From NCBI GenBank assembly GCA_017499595.2, contig CM038998.1:2852001-2916000 (forward strand): a stretch of DNA of 64,000 nucleotides. The letters run 5' to 3'. The notes under the pieces were generated by a model that worked only from the letters and a program-made list of their open reading frames with translations, searched no databases and was not told where the DNA came from. The DNA comes from Psilocybe cubensis. Lineage: Eukaryota. Position 1 is the first letter of the stretch, and each line of letters opens with the position of its first letter. Shown piece by piece: positions 1 through 11,961 of the stretch. Position numbers and translations under genes: made by a program.

Positions 1-155
1 CGCTCTGGCCTTTCATTCCAGTCGAACCCACGACCAATGGAGGTTACACCCCAGCTGCCGACGCTCGCTGTCCGATACAGTCTTGGTGCACTGAGTGGAG
101 TGGAGTTCCAGTCGTCGTCATCAAAGGTAATTCCAACAGCGGAGGCCGAAAGCAT
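1..155 (-). CDS. Possible 5' part of an unidentified gene running off the window start
   Basis: ATG at 155 opens a stop-free frame to position 1 (MLSASAVGITFDDDDWNSTPLSAPRLYRTASVGSWGVTSIGRGFDWNERPE...). It is divergent from RPL32. No recognisable motif. Confidence 0.25.
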   Translation of the reverse strand, partial: MLSASAVGITFDDDDWNSTPLSAPRLYRTASVGSWGVTSIGRGFDWNERPE

Positions 156-771
156 ATATTAGAACAAGGACGATTCTAGTATACTCACTGTTCTCTATGG
201 GACAGATGAGCGTAAGTAGAGAAAGAAATCAAGACCCGTTCTCGGCGACATCACTAGTCCAGAGAGGTCTCAGGTCACACAGGACCCCGTGCCCATTCAC
301 TGCCCCACACGTGCGCTGACAGTGGACTTGGGGTAATGCAGCGCTGAGGTAGGGTAATTAGTCTACTTTTGCCAATAAACTTTCATTATAAACCTCTGCT
401 CGGCGTACCAGCGCCTTAAGTGTCGTTTCCGCGCAACAAAGGGCATTCCGTCAATTGAATACGTTCCGGGGTTGGCGGTGTTCGGGGTACTAAATTATGT
501 AAGCAGCTTCCGGTCCACCCACCGCCAAAGTTAGCCATCGTCAACGCCGTCTCCCTCAAGCCCAACAACTGTGAGTATGCCTCCCAAACTTCTGTCTTTT
601 GTCCCCAGGCCGCCGTATGCATGCTATTCGACTCCTCTCGTCCAGGCAGAATCGCTGGAATCCGTGGATTTGGGCTGGATGGCTGCATAGCATGTTGGAT
701 AACGTCTTGGCCATGTTGGGACTCCGACCACTACAAATTTCGTTCTGACACCCTCTTTCTTCCAGTTCGCC

Positions 772-1366
772 ATGGCCATCAAAATCGTCAAGAAGCGCAC
801 CAACAAATTCAAGTTTGTTCCTTTCTCGTGGATTCTCAAGTCGTTGCTCTGACTCTGCAATAATTAGGCGCCATCAATCCGACCGCTACCATGGAGTGAA
901 GGAGTCATGGAGAAAGCCTAAGGGTATTGACAACAGGGTCAGGCGCCGCTTCAAGGGTCAAACCCCCATGCCCAAGGTGCGCGTTTTCGTCTCATATATG
1001 CCTCTGGAGTGTACTCAGAAATTTCGCAGATTGGATACGGATCCAACAAAAAGGTTTGCCTGCATTTCAAGCTACCCCAAGTTCCACCCATTCATTAGTT
1101 CCCGCCTAGACCCGCCACCTTCTCCCCAACGGCCTCAAGAAGTTCCTTGTGAGCAATGTCCGAGAAGTCGACCTTCTCCTCATGCACAACAAGTCTTTCT
1201 CTGCTGAGATCGCCCACAACGTCAGCAGCCGAAACCGCGCTACCATCCTCGAGCGGTACGTATCCTATTTGGACTTGTATAATTTGGTGCTCATATTTCG
1301 CATAGTGCCAAGGTTTTGGGCATCAAAGTCACCAACGCCGAGGCTCGTCTGCGGTCAGAGGAGTAG
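772..1366 (+). CDS. RPL32: 60S ribosomal protein L32 (eL32), multi-exon
   Basis: Spliced exons give [13 protein letters not shown] / [36 protein letters not shown] / IGYGSNKK / ...[32 protein letters not shown]...LRSEE*. Probable 5'-UTR intron at 571-765 (GTGAGT...CTGAC...TCCAG). Confidence 0.97.
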
Positions 1367-1652
1367 ATTTTCGGTGGTTCATTTATTCCAGTCCTCTTCA
1401 TGTATCATCACGTATGCTGTTAATCCACATGCGCCCATGCAACCCACATTATGCAAGCTATCTCTACGATTCTTTCCCAACCCAAAAACAGTAGAAAATC
1501 AGTGCAATCTGCTTGAGTCTGTCACGTCGTCACTTAGTATAACGCTTCCTGATTAGATTATCTACATGTACAGTGAACTCTCTTGAGTTGCTACTAATAT
1601 CCATCACCTAGGTGTTCACATTCTTCTGACTACGCCGCAGGTTGAAAAGACG

Positions 1653-2998
1653 ATGCGAGTTCTTCTAACTCGTTAACTGCGGCGTATTGGCACCACTGAC
1701 TGTGATTTGACGATAAGCAGGGCTACAAGGAATGCATCACACGCCGGATCTTGGTACACTGCAGATGGTGATAGACAACCTCAGACAATGTGCTATGGAC
1801 TAATCCCATTGCAGGCAAAACCCTTGATGCTGAGTTGACCCAATGGCTCAAGGAAGTAGGAGAGACACAGGAACCGTACCCTATCAAAGGGTGCAAAGCT
1901 ATCATCGCACCGTCAGTCTGATTTCCCTGGACTGCGCCTCATAGCTAACTGTAAACTGATGGTAATAGGCACGCTGGGTATTCCTACTCTGGACCCACCG
2001 CTGCCTGGGCTTACAAGAGTATCGATACATCCTCCATGTTTGTTGCTAGGTCGTTATTTTAACTCCATAACGTGTATTGACATCTTCCCAGCAAACGCGT
2101 CTTCATCTTAGGACCCTCGCATCACTTTTATTTGGAAGGCTGCGCGCTATCCAAGTGCAAAGAATATGAAACGCCTATTGGCAACTTGCCTTTAGATTTG
2201 AAGAGTACGTGCATATCTAATCACCATCTTTCGCGTTATCTAATCGCAATACTATCAACAGCTATTCAAGACTTAAAGGCCACGGGCAAGTTTGAATCTA
2301 TGGGCCAGCAAGCAGATGAAGACGAACATAGTATTGAAATGCATTTACCATATGTTCGAAAAATATTTGAGGGGTTATTCTTGACCTTTTCACGGGGTGG
2401 CAATGTGCTGATGCTTATTCCAGGAAGGATATTAGTATCGTTCCCATTGTCGTTGGAGCCATTTCAGAAAGCGTAGAAGCAACATTTGGTTCTATCCTGG
2501 CTCCATATCTCGCCAGCGAGGACACCCTATTTGTGATTTCAAGTGATTTTTGCCATTGGTAGGAGAATGCTTGTATATCTGGATGGGGTGCTAATAAGCG
2601 AATGCAGGGGAACAAGATTCTCTTACACCTTCTACTATCCAGAGCCGGCTCCAAGCTCTGCGTCTGGTCTTCGACTGTCCCGAAGCACAGCACCTTCGGC
2701 GGACTTTCCCATCTTTCAGTCTATTAGCCGCCTTGACCACGAAGCTATGGACCTTTTGACCTTGCCGCCCTCCACGGCGACTAAAGCCCATTCAGAGTTT
2801 GCGAAATATCTTGCAAGGACAAAGAACACCATTTGCGGAAGGCATCCTATTGGGGTGCTGTTCGGCGCCATGTCGGCTCTGGAAAAGAGCAAAGGCATCA
2901 CGTCTGAAGTCAAGTGGGTGAGATATGAGCAAAGCAGCCACTGTCATTCTATCCGAGACTCTAGCGTAAGCTATGCAAGCGCCTACGTACGATTCTAA
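1653..2998 (+). CDS. MEMO1: MEMO1 (AmmeMemoRadiSam protein B family) homolog
   Basis: Motifs ASHAGSWY, IIAPHAGYSYSG, VFILGPSHH, DEDEHSIEMHLPY, SSDFCHWG, NTICGRHPIG and DSSVSYASAY are spread over GT/GC-AG exons. Confidence 0.93.
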
Positions 2999-3179
2999 AG
3001 GATCTATAGAGTAACTAAATCTACCAAGAGAAATTAACTGTACCGACACATGTATTATCTAGAAATCAAGTAACTATTGTAGAAAACAGATCAAACTAGC
3101 AAACGGAGAAAGCTGTATGAAGATTACCGGAGATCTATTGAAGCATCTTGTTTTGGACTGCAAAGGCGAATTCGGCCAG

Positions 3180-4438
3180 TCAAAGGTTGCTGATGAGATG
3201 GTTTTGAAGACCGACAGGAGCGTCCTCTTCGTACTCCGATCCGGAGACACCTGGATCTTCAACGACCTAAATCAGGTCTGTGAGATTTTATGTTCTTTAC
3301 CGGAAAACAATGGGTTTAAATATACACGCACTCTTCCTTTCTCGACCTCGATGTCCTCAAAGCCCCACTCCCTTGAGGAGCCGCCTGATAAATGGAGCCC
3401 GCTGACAAGAGCAAGGGGCTTCCACCCACCCAGCACTTGCTTGTCAGAGACGCCCTCTTCAGGCGATTTCCTCTGAAGCTCGGTGAGAGAGCAGCAGCCG
3501 ACCTTCATGTGCAAGTTACGGTCGCCCACGAAGCTGCGCACAAGGGCGATGGTCGTGGCAGCGTGGGTGACGAGGAGCACGCGTCGCCGGTGTTCGTACG
3601 GCAGTCGCTTCATGATGGTGGGGATGAATGCGCTCGTGAAGGTGTCGACACGCTCGTGCAGCTCCTCGACGGATTCGCCCTTCCGGGTGGGGTAATATAT
3701 GCTGGTCCAACTGGGGTCAACCTCCGGGAAATAGGTCTTTAGAGACTCGGTGGGTCCGGGGCGTGGATGGAGACCTGTACCCGGAGCGACAGGGGAATAC
3801 CACTCTGCGAGACCTAGTTATTTTTTAATAATAGGGGCGGTCAATCGCAGGTCATGAGTGTGTCTGTGTGGGTATAGCCGATGGGATGTGCAGAGATTAA
3901 CTCACCATGTTCAACGTAGATCGGGATGCCCAAAGCCTGCGCCAGGGGCTTGGACGTCTGAAGACAGCGATCTAGGGATGATCCAAAGGCTCAAAAAGCT
4001 GGTAAAGCCAAAAAACAAGGCCTTAGCTTACAATAAGGCGACGAGAATATGGCGGTTGGGCGATCTTCCTCTGGGAAAGACAAGAAGTACTGGCATAGTT
4101 CCTCCGCCTGGGTCTAATTGCCCCGAAAGCACCCCAAATCAGACCGAAATGGTTCGAGCAATGTTTATATGAACTGATGGTGTACGCACCTCTCCATATG
4201 CAGTCAAAGGGGGATCTCTAGGTAGACCAGTCGGACTCGTCCTGGATCATTAAGAGAAGAAGGAGAAGTCGGTTAGAAAACATGTGCATTAGGGCTCTAT
4301 GACTAACCATACGGAATTGATCCAGTTCAATCTAAAACCTGCAATTTGAGGGCGCTGTTAGTGCCATCGTGATACGGCGATGAATCCAAGTGGGATTGAG
4401 ACTTCACCATGTCGGGCAATATAGATTTTTTCAATCAT
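3180..4438 (-). CDS. Histidine phosphatase / phosphoglycerate-mutase-like protein
   Basis: N-terminal MIEKIYIARHG (RHG motif), then DPPLTAYG, IYVEHGLAEW and VLLVTHAA. Final exon VVEDPG...ISNL*. Confidence 0.88.
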
Positions 4439-4881
4439 GGCCATGTCAAGTTCTCGCTGATTGCGGGGGAATGGATAAAAAATTATAGCAAAAGCAGCTA
4501 TTTACGACTGATTTACACGTGGGGGAGGCGCGTTTTTAATATCGCGTGGTCCGCTGGCTTGGTCAAGTCGAGATCCGACTCGAGGAGGTCTCATGGCAGA
4601 TAGTGACAGGGTGTAATGTGTCTTTATCTCGGGAAAAATTTCATTCATGATCATGCAGGCAGGGTAAGAATGATATCGATGAGAAAAGCAAAAGACAATA
4701 TACAGTGAAACGGAGCAAGGAAATTATATGCATCAAGAGGCAAAACAGCTACAGGTGAAAAAGCCATTTGGGAAGGCGAGATGTACAAAGGAGATATTCG
4801 AACATTCTCATAAACACCCCGAAAATCTTTTGTTTTCTGATACGCACGGTCCGAAACATTGGAATTGGGAGAGTCGTGCGA

Positions 4882-6098
4882 TTAGGAGAGGGAGGGGAAG
4901 GCGGTCTGGTCATCGACGTTGACGACGGGGGCGCCGTTGTTGGGGCGGTTACCCCTGGGGGCACCACGGCCACGGGAGCCACGGCCCCTGTCGCCACGAT
5001 CACCACCGCGACCTCCACGACCACGACCAGCACCACGGTCGGGGCGCTCGAAGCGAGCATCGATTTCGAGGTAGACCTTTTCTTCCTTCTTGGCACGGGC
5101 CTTGGGAGCGGCTTTGCCCTGGAGAGACAGATGAGAAAAAAAAGTAGGGGTAATGGGAGGGGATTGAACGGACCTTGCCAACAAAGTAGGCATCTTCTTC
5201 GTCCTTGGTGAGGACGACAGCATCTTTGAAGACGTCATCAGCACCATCATTGGCCTGACGAGTATTCTCCAACTTGGGGATGGCGGCAGCCTCCTTCTCC
5301 TTCTGCTGGGCAAGGTACTGGTCGAGGGTGAGGGTGTTATCCTCTTCCTCGGGTTCTCTCTCCCTGCGGGAACGACCCTCGGGCTTGGCATCGCCGTCAG
5401 CAGGAGCGGCGTCAGCAGCGGGAGCGCCCCAAGCATCTGCGTCAGCAGCGCCAGTAGTGCCCCAGTCGTTGGTAGCGGACTCGGCGACAGCGTCGATGGC
5501 AGCAGCTTCTTCGGTCTTTAGCTCGGCATTGCCGTCGTCACCACCCCAGGACTGGTGGACCTTTTTGTCAGAGTCGCTGAAAAGAGGTAAGAGGGAAGAA
5601 AAATAAGGAGAAAAAAAGAGAACAGACGCACGTCTTGCCGGTCTGGCTATGCCTGTCGAAGGGACGGCCTCTGCCACGGGGGCCACCACGGGAGCCGCCA
5701 CGGCCGCCTCTGCCACGACCACCTTCGCGACCCTCGTCTGAAAAGAGAGAGAGAAAAAAAAAAGTAAACAGAAAAGAAAAAAGAAAAGGAAAAAGAGGAT
5801 AGATACATTTCTTCTGGCCCTCGGTCTCCTCAGTTACAGGAGTAGAGTCCTTGGATGTGGGCTTGCCACCGCGGGCGTAGTACTTGCCACCACGAGCGGC
5901 AGGGCCTCCTCTGGACTTTTGGGCCTGACCACGAGAAGCGGGAGCTGGAGCGGGGGTAGACTCTGCCTTTGGAGGGGCAGGTGCGGACTGGACCTCATCA
6001 TCTGGGGAAAAAGGGTGAGGAGAAGAAAGAAGAGGGAGAAAAAAAGAGGCAAACAGACCATCGAGAAGGGCGAAAGGGTTTTTTGAGACCACCGACAT
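4882..6098 (-). CDS. STM1: Stm1/SERBP1-like RGG-rich ribosome- and mRNA-binding protein (HABP4/PAI-RBP1 family)
   Basis: MSVVSKNPFALL N-terminus, RPFDRHSQTG, QSWG, TLTLDQYLAQ, RGG repeats, C-terminal DDQTAFPSLS*. Confidence 0.9.
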
Positions 6099-6625
6099 CT
6101 TGACGGGGCCCTTTTAAGTAGCAATCAGCAGCGGAAGAGGGTAGACTGGACGCGGGGGATGTCTGGGACGACGACGACGACAGGCAAGGGGACGATGGGC
6201 AGAAACTTTTTTCACACGGGCCCCCCGGAAGGGGGTGTCACGGGGCCTTGTGGAACTGTACAGTTGCAAAAAGATATAAAAGGGGAAAATGTTAGAGGGA
6301 AAGTCAACGCAAATACAGACAGGTGGGTGTGCTATGCTATGTTGATTTATTTTATTTTAATTAAGGAACTGTGCAGCCTACAAAAGCATCTCCCCGACGA
6401 CTCGCCCGCTCTCGAGATGGTGTGGGTCGATGACCAGGAGACCGTAGATGGGCTGGAGAAGAACAAAGGACAGGACTTGGGTGCGGTGTGTTCTTGGAGG
6501 ACCCTTCGTGGTCGCCGGGTGGACTATGTCGCAATGTCTCGTTGTACATACTATTCTATACTTGCTTATGTCATCTATATACTTGAATCATGTGCTCCTC
6601 GCTCTCTCTGTCTCTCACTCTGACC

Positions 6626-9600
6626 ATGGCCTCTCGTCGCCTCGACATCTCCTCCCTCCTCTGCGACGACGACCAGCCCGCCTTTTCGCCCCTCGATGCC
6701 CTTGTCCACGCTGCCACAGAGGAGCGCCGCCGCCTCGATGCCTCCTTGCACCCCCCTCGCCCACCCCACTACGACCGCCAGCATGAGTATGACCACCGCG
6801 TCCGTGAGGAGCTTGAGCGCCAGCGTCTTTTTGACCGAGAGCGAGAGCGGGAACGAGAGCGAGAACGAGAAAGAGAGCTTGAGCGCGAGAGGGAGCGTGA
6901 ACGTGAACGGGAACGGGAGCGAGAACGAGAGCAAGAACGAGAACGAGAACGAGAGCAAGAACGAGAGCGAGAGTTGGAAAGAGAGCGTTATGTTGTCCAG
7001 CAGCAGCAAATGCGCATACATCAACAACACCACATCGATCTCATAGCCCGTCAGCATCGCCAGCAGTCACACCCACCATCCATATCCCATCTCATCTCCC
7101 ATTCCCCCCCGTCTGTCCCAGTCCCTCTTCCCCAGGTGTCCACCGTCTATCTCATCCCCCAAGGTCCCATCGACTCCCTCGATGATCCTCGTCCCATCAA
7201 AAAGCGTCGCTATTCGGAATCCCCCACTCGTCCTCTCCCAGACGATAAGGAGCGTATCGCCCGCGAGCGGGACAAGATGTATGTCGGCGAGCTCGGTTAT
7301 GGCCGCGTTGACCCTTCCTCCGCTGGCCCTTCCTATCCTCCTCCTCCTCCACGTCGTCCCGGTTCCGGTCATGGTCACACCCATCTCAGGAAACCCGTCT
7401 CGGTAAACGATCTCCTCGTTGACAAGGAGCCCCCAAGACCCCTCTCCCGCGACACCGATCACCACAGGGTAGTCAGTCCTCTGGGCAGGCGTTCTCCCCC
7501 CGGCAGTCAGATAGGTAGGGCCAAGGCCGCACGCAAATCGGACGAGTTCGCGTTCAGGGAACCACCTCCCATCATCCACACCCCTCTCGAATCCGAAGTC
7601 AAGAAACCCCTCAAGGACGACTTCAAGGTCAAGCAGGAGCCAAAACCCCGCACAACTCCCTTCCTCGACGAACATCGCCCAAAGAAGCCTGTCGTCAAAC
7701 AAGCACCCCCAACCCCAACCCTCCACAATAAGCCTCAGTCTTCCAAGTCCCAACAAGATGCTCATGAATGGTTTCTGCAGCACTACGATGAAGATCTATC
7801 CCCTACTACTTCTAACCGTCCTGAGCCTCCACATACCCCCTCACCGTCTCTCAGTCCCCTCACACCTGCGCAACCTCACCCTCCACCCCCTCCAGTGTCC
7901 GTCAAAACATTCACCGACTCGGATAAGCCACTTACCCCTATCACCTCGGCTGTCGCCACCCTGGAACAAGAGCTGGAGGAACTTGTTTCAGAACCCGCTA
8001 TTTCCAACACTTCCACCACCTTGGTCAAAAAGCAGGAACCTGACCTTGACATGGATCTCGACGTCGACCTTGCCGTAACCGAACTTGTTGACACTCTGGA
8101 GAGCGATAACGTCAAGCACGAGTCATCTAACCGCAAGATGGAGGTCGATGTTGAGGATGAGCTACTCAGCCTAGTCCAAGACGATCGCCCGCCGCCTCCG
8201 CCTCCGCCTGCCCCTTCTCGGCGTGCTCCGGGATCCGCAGGATCGTCCTCTCACGGCTCGGCAGCGACGCCATCAACGACGGTCTCCACCCACAATGCCA
8301 ATACAAAGCCGACATCAACAACATCCCTCGCTCCGCCACACCGTTCTGTCAGCGAAGCTGCCCGGCAAACTTCTCCACCTGTCATGTCAACTTCTTCTTC
8401 TACGGGCCCTGGCCCTGTCTCCGGCTCTTCTGCTTCCGCCACTGCCCGTCAAACATCCGCTCGGCCAACCTCTGAGCGCGGGTCCATGCCTCCGCCTGCT
8501 TCCACCTCCAGCGTGGGTGGCTCAGCCAAGAAGTCGACTGAACCAGTATCCGGTCTGAAAAAGAAAAAGGAATCTGCTCCAAAGGTGTGTTTACTCTATC
8601 TACTTTTTTTTTCTATATCATCCTTATCCCGTTAACACTACAGGCCGTTCCCAAAGCCAAAGCTGCCGCTGCTACTTCAACTGCAAAAGGACGGGCTAAA
8701 CCTGCTGCTAAATCGAAGAAGGCAACCGCTCCCGATAATGGCGCTTCACCCACTCCTTCGGCGGCTGCGGCTGCCCCAGCTCCATCCAAAGCAGCAAAGA
8801 CTCTGGCAGGCAGGAAGACTGCGCCATCGGCTTCCCGCTCACGTTCAGCATCCGTCATGCCTGCAGGTAGTGCATCCGTGGGACCGGAGAGCGATACAGT
8901 CAAACCGGAGAAACAGGAAGAGGAGGAAGAGTCGGAGGAGGAGAACGAGGATGATAAAGATAAACTCTACTGTGTCTGCAAAACCAAGTATGACGAAGAC
9001 CGCGTCATGATTGCCTGTGATCGGTATGTGGACAATCAATGTCATCAGACAATGGACGTTGATCAATTTTTTTTTTCTTTTTAAGATGTGATGAGTGGTA
9101 TCACACACAGTGTGTTCACATGCCGGATTTAGAGGTGGATCTTGTCGATCAGTTTATATGTCCACTTTGTGTTGAGAGTATGTCATTTTCTCCATCAACG
9201 ACTCGAATATACTGATACCTCTGAGCAGAAAACCCAAAACTTAATCTCAAAACGACGTACAAACCTCGCTGTCTTTATGGGCTCCGGCATCCCGACCCAT
9301 CGTCTACCAAGGCATGCCATAAAGCGGCTCGCGGCGCTTTCTCCAAGTACTGCTCAGACGAATGCGGCGTCAAATACATGCAGTCGCGCATCGATACCTG
9401 GGCCAAGAAGGGTGGCAAAACGGAGAAGCTCTGGGAGAGCGTCAAGAACGCGGAGAAGCGCGAGGGTGTAGTTGTGTGTGCTGCCGAGTCTGATTGTGTA
9501 AAGACAGAGACGGCAGACATCAAGGTTGAGAAACCCGAGGAAGAGGATAATCCCAAGCCTAAACAGCAACAGCGTATTGTCCCCCCGACAAAGAGTAAAG

Positions 9601-10283
9601 TCGAACAGGAAACGGATCGGCTCAACGCCCTGCTGGACTCTGTTATCAAACTTCGGGAAGAGATCAAGAAGAGTATGGAGGTTGTTATATGGCGTGAGCG
9701 GCTATTGAAGTTGGCTACTGAAAGGGCAGAGGCAGTAGGCCAGTGTGGATGGGATCAGCGTCTGTGTTTGGATGATGAGGAATGGGCTGATATGGGCGAG
9801 GCGGTGCTGGAGAGCTATGAAGAAACCAAGGCTGACCCTGATGCCGAAATGGAAGTGGATAACGCCGAGGAGCAGTGGTGGTGTCCGGGAAAGGTCGTGT
9901 GCGACCGTCATGCAGGGTATGTTTCTCAATTTGATTTCTTTTTTTTACTTTTGACCCAATATTCCTTCAGGTGGCAAGCTGTACGTCACAAGGACGTGTG
10001 TAAGGAGAGGGAAAAGAAGGAAGAAGCACTGGTCAAACTTACAACACGAGAGCGGGAAATCCGTAAAAGCATCGAGGACATGCTCGATCCCCAAAACACT
10101 AACAACCCATCCACGGCCACCTCTGCGAATGCCGGCAAAACGACGGTCGTCAAGGAGGCGGCGCCTAACGCCCCACTCAAATCGTCTACCAAAGCTGTCA
10201 ATGGCCATCCCAAGCCCAAGGGCGGCGCAGCCGCGGGAGAGACGCTGAAAAAGGGCAAGAAACGCAAAGCCCCCGCGTCTTAA
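6626..10283 (+). CDS. Large PHD-finger protein, Spp1/CFP1 (COMPASS)-like C-terminal half with a long disordered N-terminus
   Basis: LYCVCKTKYDEDRVMIACDR/CDEWYHTQCV...FICPLC PHD finger, followed by SKYCSDECG and a later Cys/His motif (WWC...CDRHAGW). The N-terminus is Pro/Ser-rich with an RE repeat. Confidence 0.85.
6836..6988 (+). repeat. Coding Arg-Glu dipeptide repeat (GAGCGA/GAACGA-type hexamers)
   Basis: About 25 imperfect RE units in the PHD protein ORF. Confidence 0.9.
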
Positions 10284-10765
10284 TAGTCACGATCGTTATT
10301 TATGATCATTTTTACGACCAAAAACAACTGAAGCGCACATTTCATTTCTCTCACCCCTCCCTATATTGTATGTACCGCTTTTTGAGCTTTTGTGCGACTA
10401 TTGTTTACATTTCATACCACGCTGTTAATAATTTCCGTACCTGTCATCTTCTTTTACATACTCTGGTGTTTTTTTTGTTCGAATCCCTTGCATTTTTTTT
10501 TTCATTTCGCATCTTGCTTGCTATCGCTTTCGCCCACATTTTCATCAGCGTGTATTCCTCGTGCTATGTGTAGCTCTTATTGGCATTTTTTCAGCTCCTT
10601 CAAGTGATAACTTGTGTGTATAGATAAAACTACTTTACAATCAATAGCTTCCGAGCGAGTTTGAGAAAATGTGGTACTCTCTCTTGGATGGGTCGTCCAT
10701 GTATGAGGAGCGAGGGAGTCATTCCTCCCGTGAAAACGTGAAAGGTATACAAGAAGAGGTGCCTG

Positions 10766-11429
10766 TCAGTATCCGTCGCCTTCGCCCCCTTCTTTGCAGA
10801 ATCCTTTCTGCTCGTACAAGATCTGGGATTTGATCTCTTCGCGTTCCTTTTTGGACTCGGCGTCTTGTTTGTGAAATGCCGCCAGCAGATTATATTCAAC
10901 CTGCTTGAGAGGGACTTCTTCTTCTTTATCCAGATCCTGGTGGAGAAGCGTAAATAGCAGTATGAAGACAAATCAGATGCACATACAATTTCGCCGAGCA
11001 GCACAACATTCTCTCCTCGGATAAGGAAGAGACCATGCCAGCTCTCTGCAAATGCGTTTCCATGATATATACGTTCGACGGTGTCCTCGAGTACAAGATT
11101 GGCTGGAGGTTGAATTGTAAGACCTTGATTTTCCGGGATATCGGAGAGCAAGGATGAAATCCTACTCACCAAACTGATCATAGGAACGCAGGACACCATG
11201 AAGCTTCCTGCCGTCGCGTAGGATTACAAGCATCTTCCCTGGGCAGTGCGTATCATGTCCGATTGGAAATGGTTCGGGGTGGGAGCAAGGGCAGGAGGAT
11301 GGTTGAACAATATAAGGAGAGGGAATTTGCTCAGGATGGAACTGGAGAATCGCGATGACTTTGAGCAGACGTACTGTCCACACAATCCACCAGGGAGCCC
11401 GATGTTGTGAAAGGAATTAAAGAGTCCAT
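10766..11429 (-). CDS. LSM1: Sm-like protein Lsm1 (mRNA decapping)
   Basis: [18 protein letters not shown] / [22 protein letters not shown] / [13 protein letters not shown]...[16 protein letters not shown] / DLDKEEE...EGDGY*. Confidence 0.95.
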
Positions 11430-11582
11430 ACTGGTCGTGAAAAAAAGAAAAAGCTGCTCTAGGCAGCGGAACCTTGGAAGAGTGCAAGCAAGCAAACCCA
11501 ACAACACACCAGTCCCACCTCTATTCACGGACCGGCCTAAGTAACAAACATCCATAATTAAAAAAATGGCTCTGCTTGTCGA

Positions 11583-11685
11583 GCTGAGATGGCCGAGTGG
11601 TTAAGGCGAGTGATTTGAATTGGGCATTGCAGCTCACGTGATCACTTGGTGTTTCACCGCACAGGTTCAAACCCTGTTCTCAGCG
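11583..11685 (+). tRNA. tRNA-Ser(TGA) with a 21-nt intron (11620-11640)
   Basis: Acceptor stem GCTGAGA/TCTCAGC, D-arm GCCGAGTGGTTAAGGC, anticodon stem AGTGA/TCACT with loop TT-TGA-A^A, long variable arm GGTG-TTT-CACC, T-arm ACAGG-TTCAAAC-CCTGT, discriminator G. The intron is at canonical 37/38. Confidence 0.93.
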
Positions 11686-11875
11686 AATTTTTTAATCATT
11701 TCGTCGACCGCACAGGTTCAAACCCTGTTCTCAAAGAATTTTTTAATCATTTTGGTGGTCTCTTCAAATCCTGCTTCCAGCGAATTTTTTAATCATTTCG
11801 TCCGTTTGAATCCCGATGGTCATGTTAGTATTGCCTTTGCGCGTAGGTTCAAACATCCTTGCAGCGAATTGTTTT
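11656..11875 (+). repeat. Tandem array of tRNA-Ser 3'-end + terminator copies (4 units including the real tRNA end)
   Basis: ACCGCACAGGTTCAAACCCTGTTCTCA..GAATTTTTTAATCATTT at 11656 and 11707. Degenerate TTCAAATCCTGCTTCCAGCGAATTTTTTAATCATTTCGTC at 11763. GCGCGTAGGTTCAAAC...GCAGCGAATTGTTTT at 11839. Confidence 0.85.
11688..11693 (+). terminator. RNA polymerase III oligo-dT terminator of the tRNA
   Basis: T6 run 3 nt after the discriminator base. Confidence 0.85.
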
Positions 11876-11961
11876 GGTTATAATTTACAGCAGGCTCTCG
11901 TCTACAGAAACAAGTTTCTGACATAATTGGAAATTGGTGGGATGCATTGCAATCGAAAAAC

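Noticed and set aside
6220-6236. CCCCC-GGAA-GGGGG hairpin in the STM1/PHD divergent promoter
   Set aside because: Too short and low-complexity to support an RNA element.
6575-7783. Long antisense ORFs opposite the PHD gene (and similar ones opposite STM1, MPP10 and SEC9)
   Set aside because: Shadow ORFs of GC-rich or low-complexity coding sequence.
11583-11685. Selenocysteine or opal-suppressor tRNA
   Set aside because: The anticodon is TGA (reads UCA, Ser), not TCA. The acceptor and T stems are the standard 7/5.
11656-11875. CRISPR-like repeat-spacer array
   Set aside because: The repeats are tRNA 3' ends with irregular spacing and progressive decay. The context is eukaryotic and there are no cas genes.
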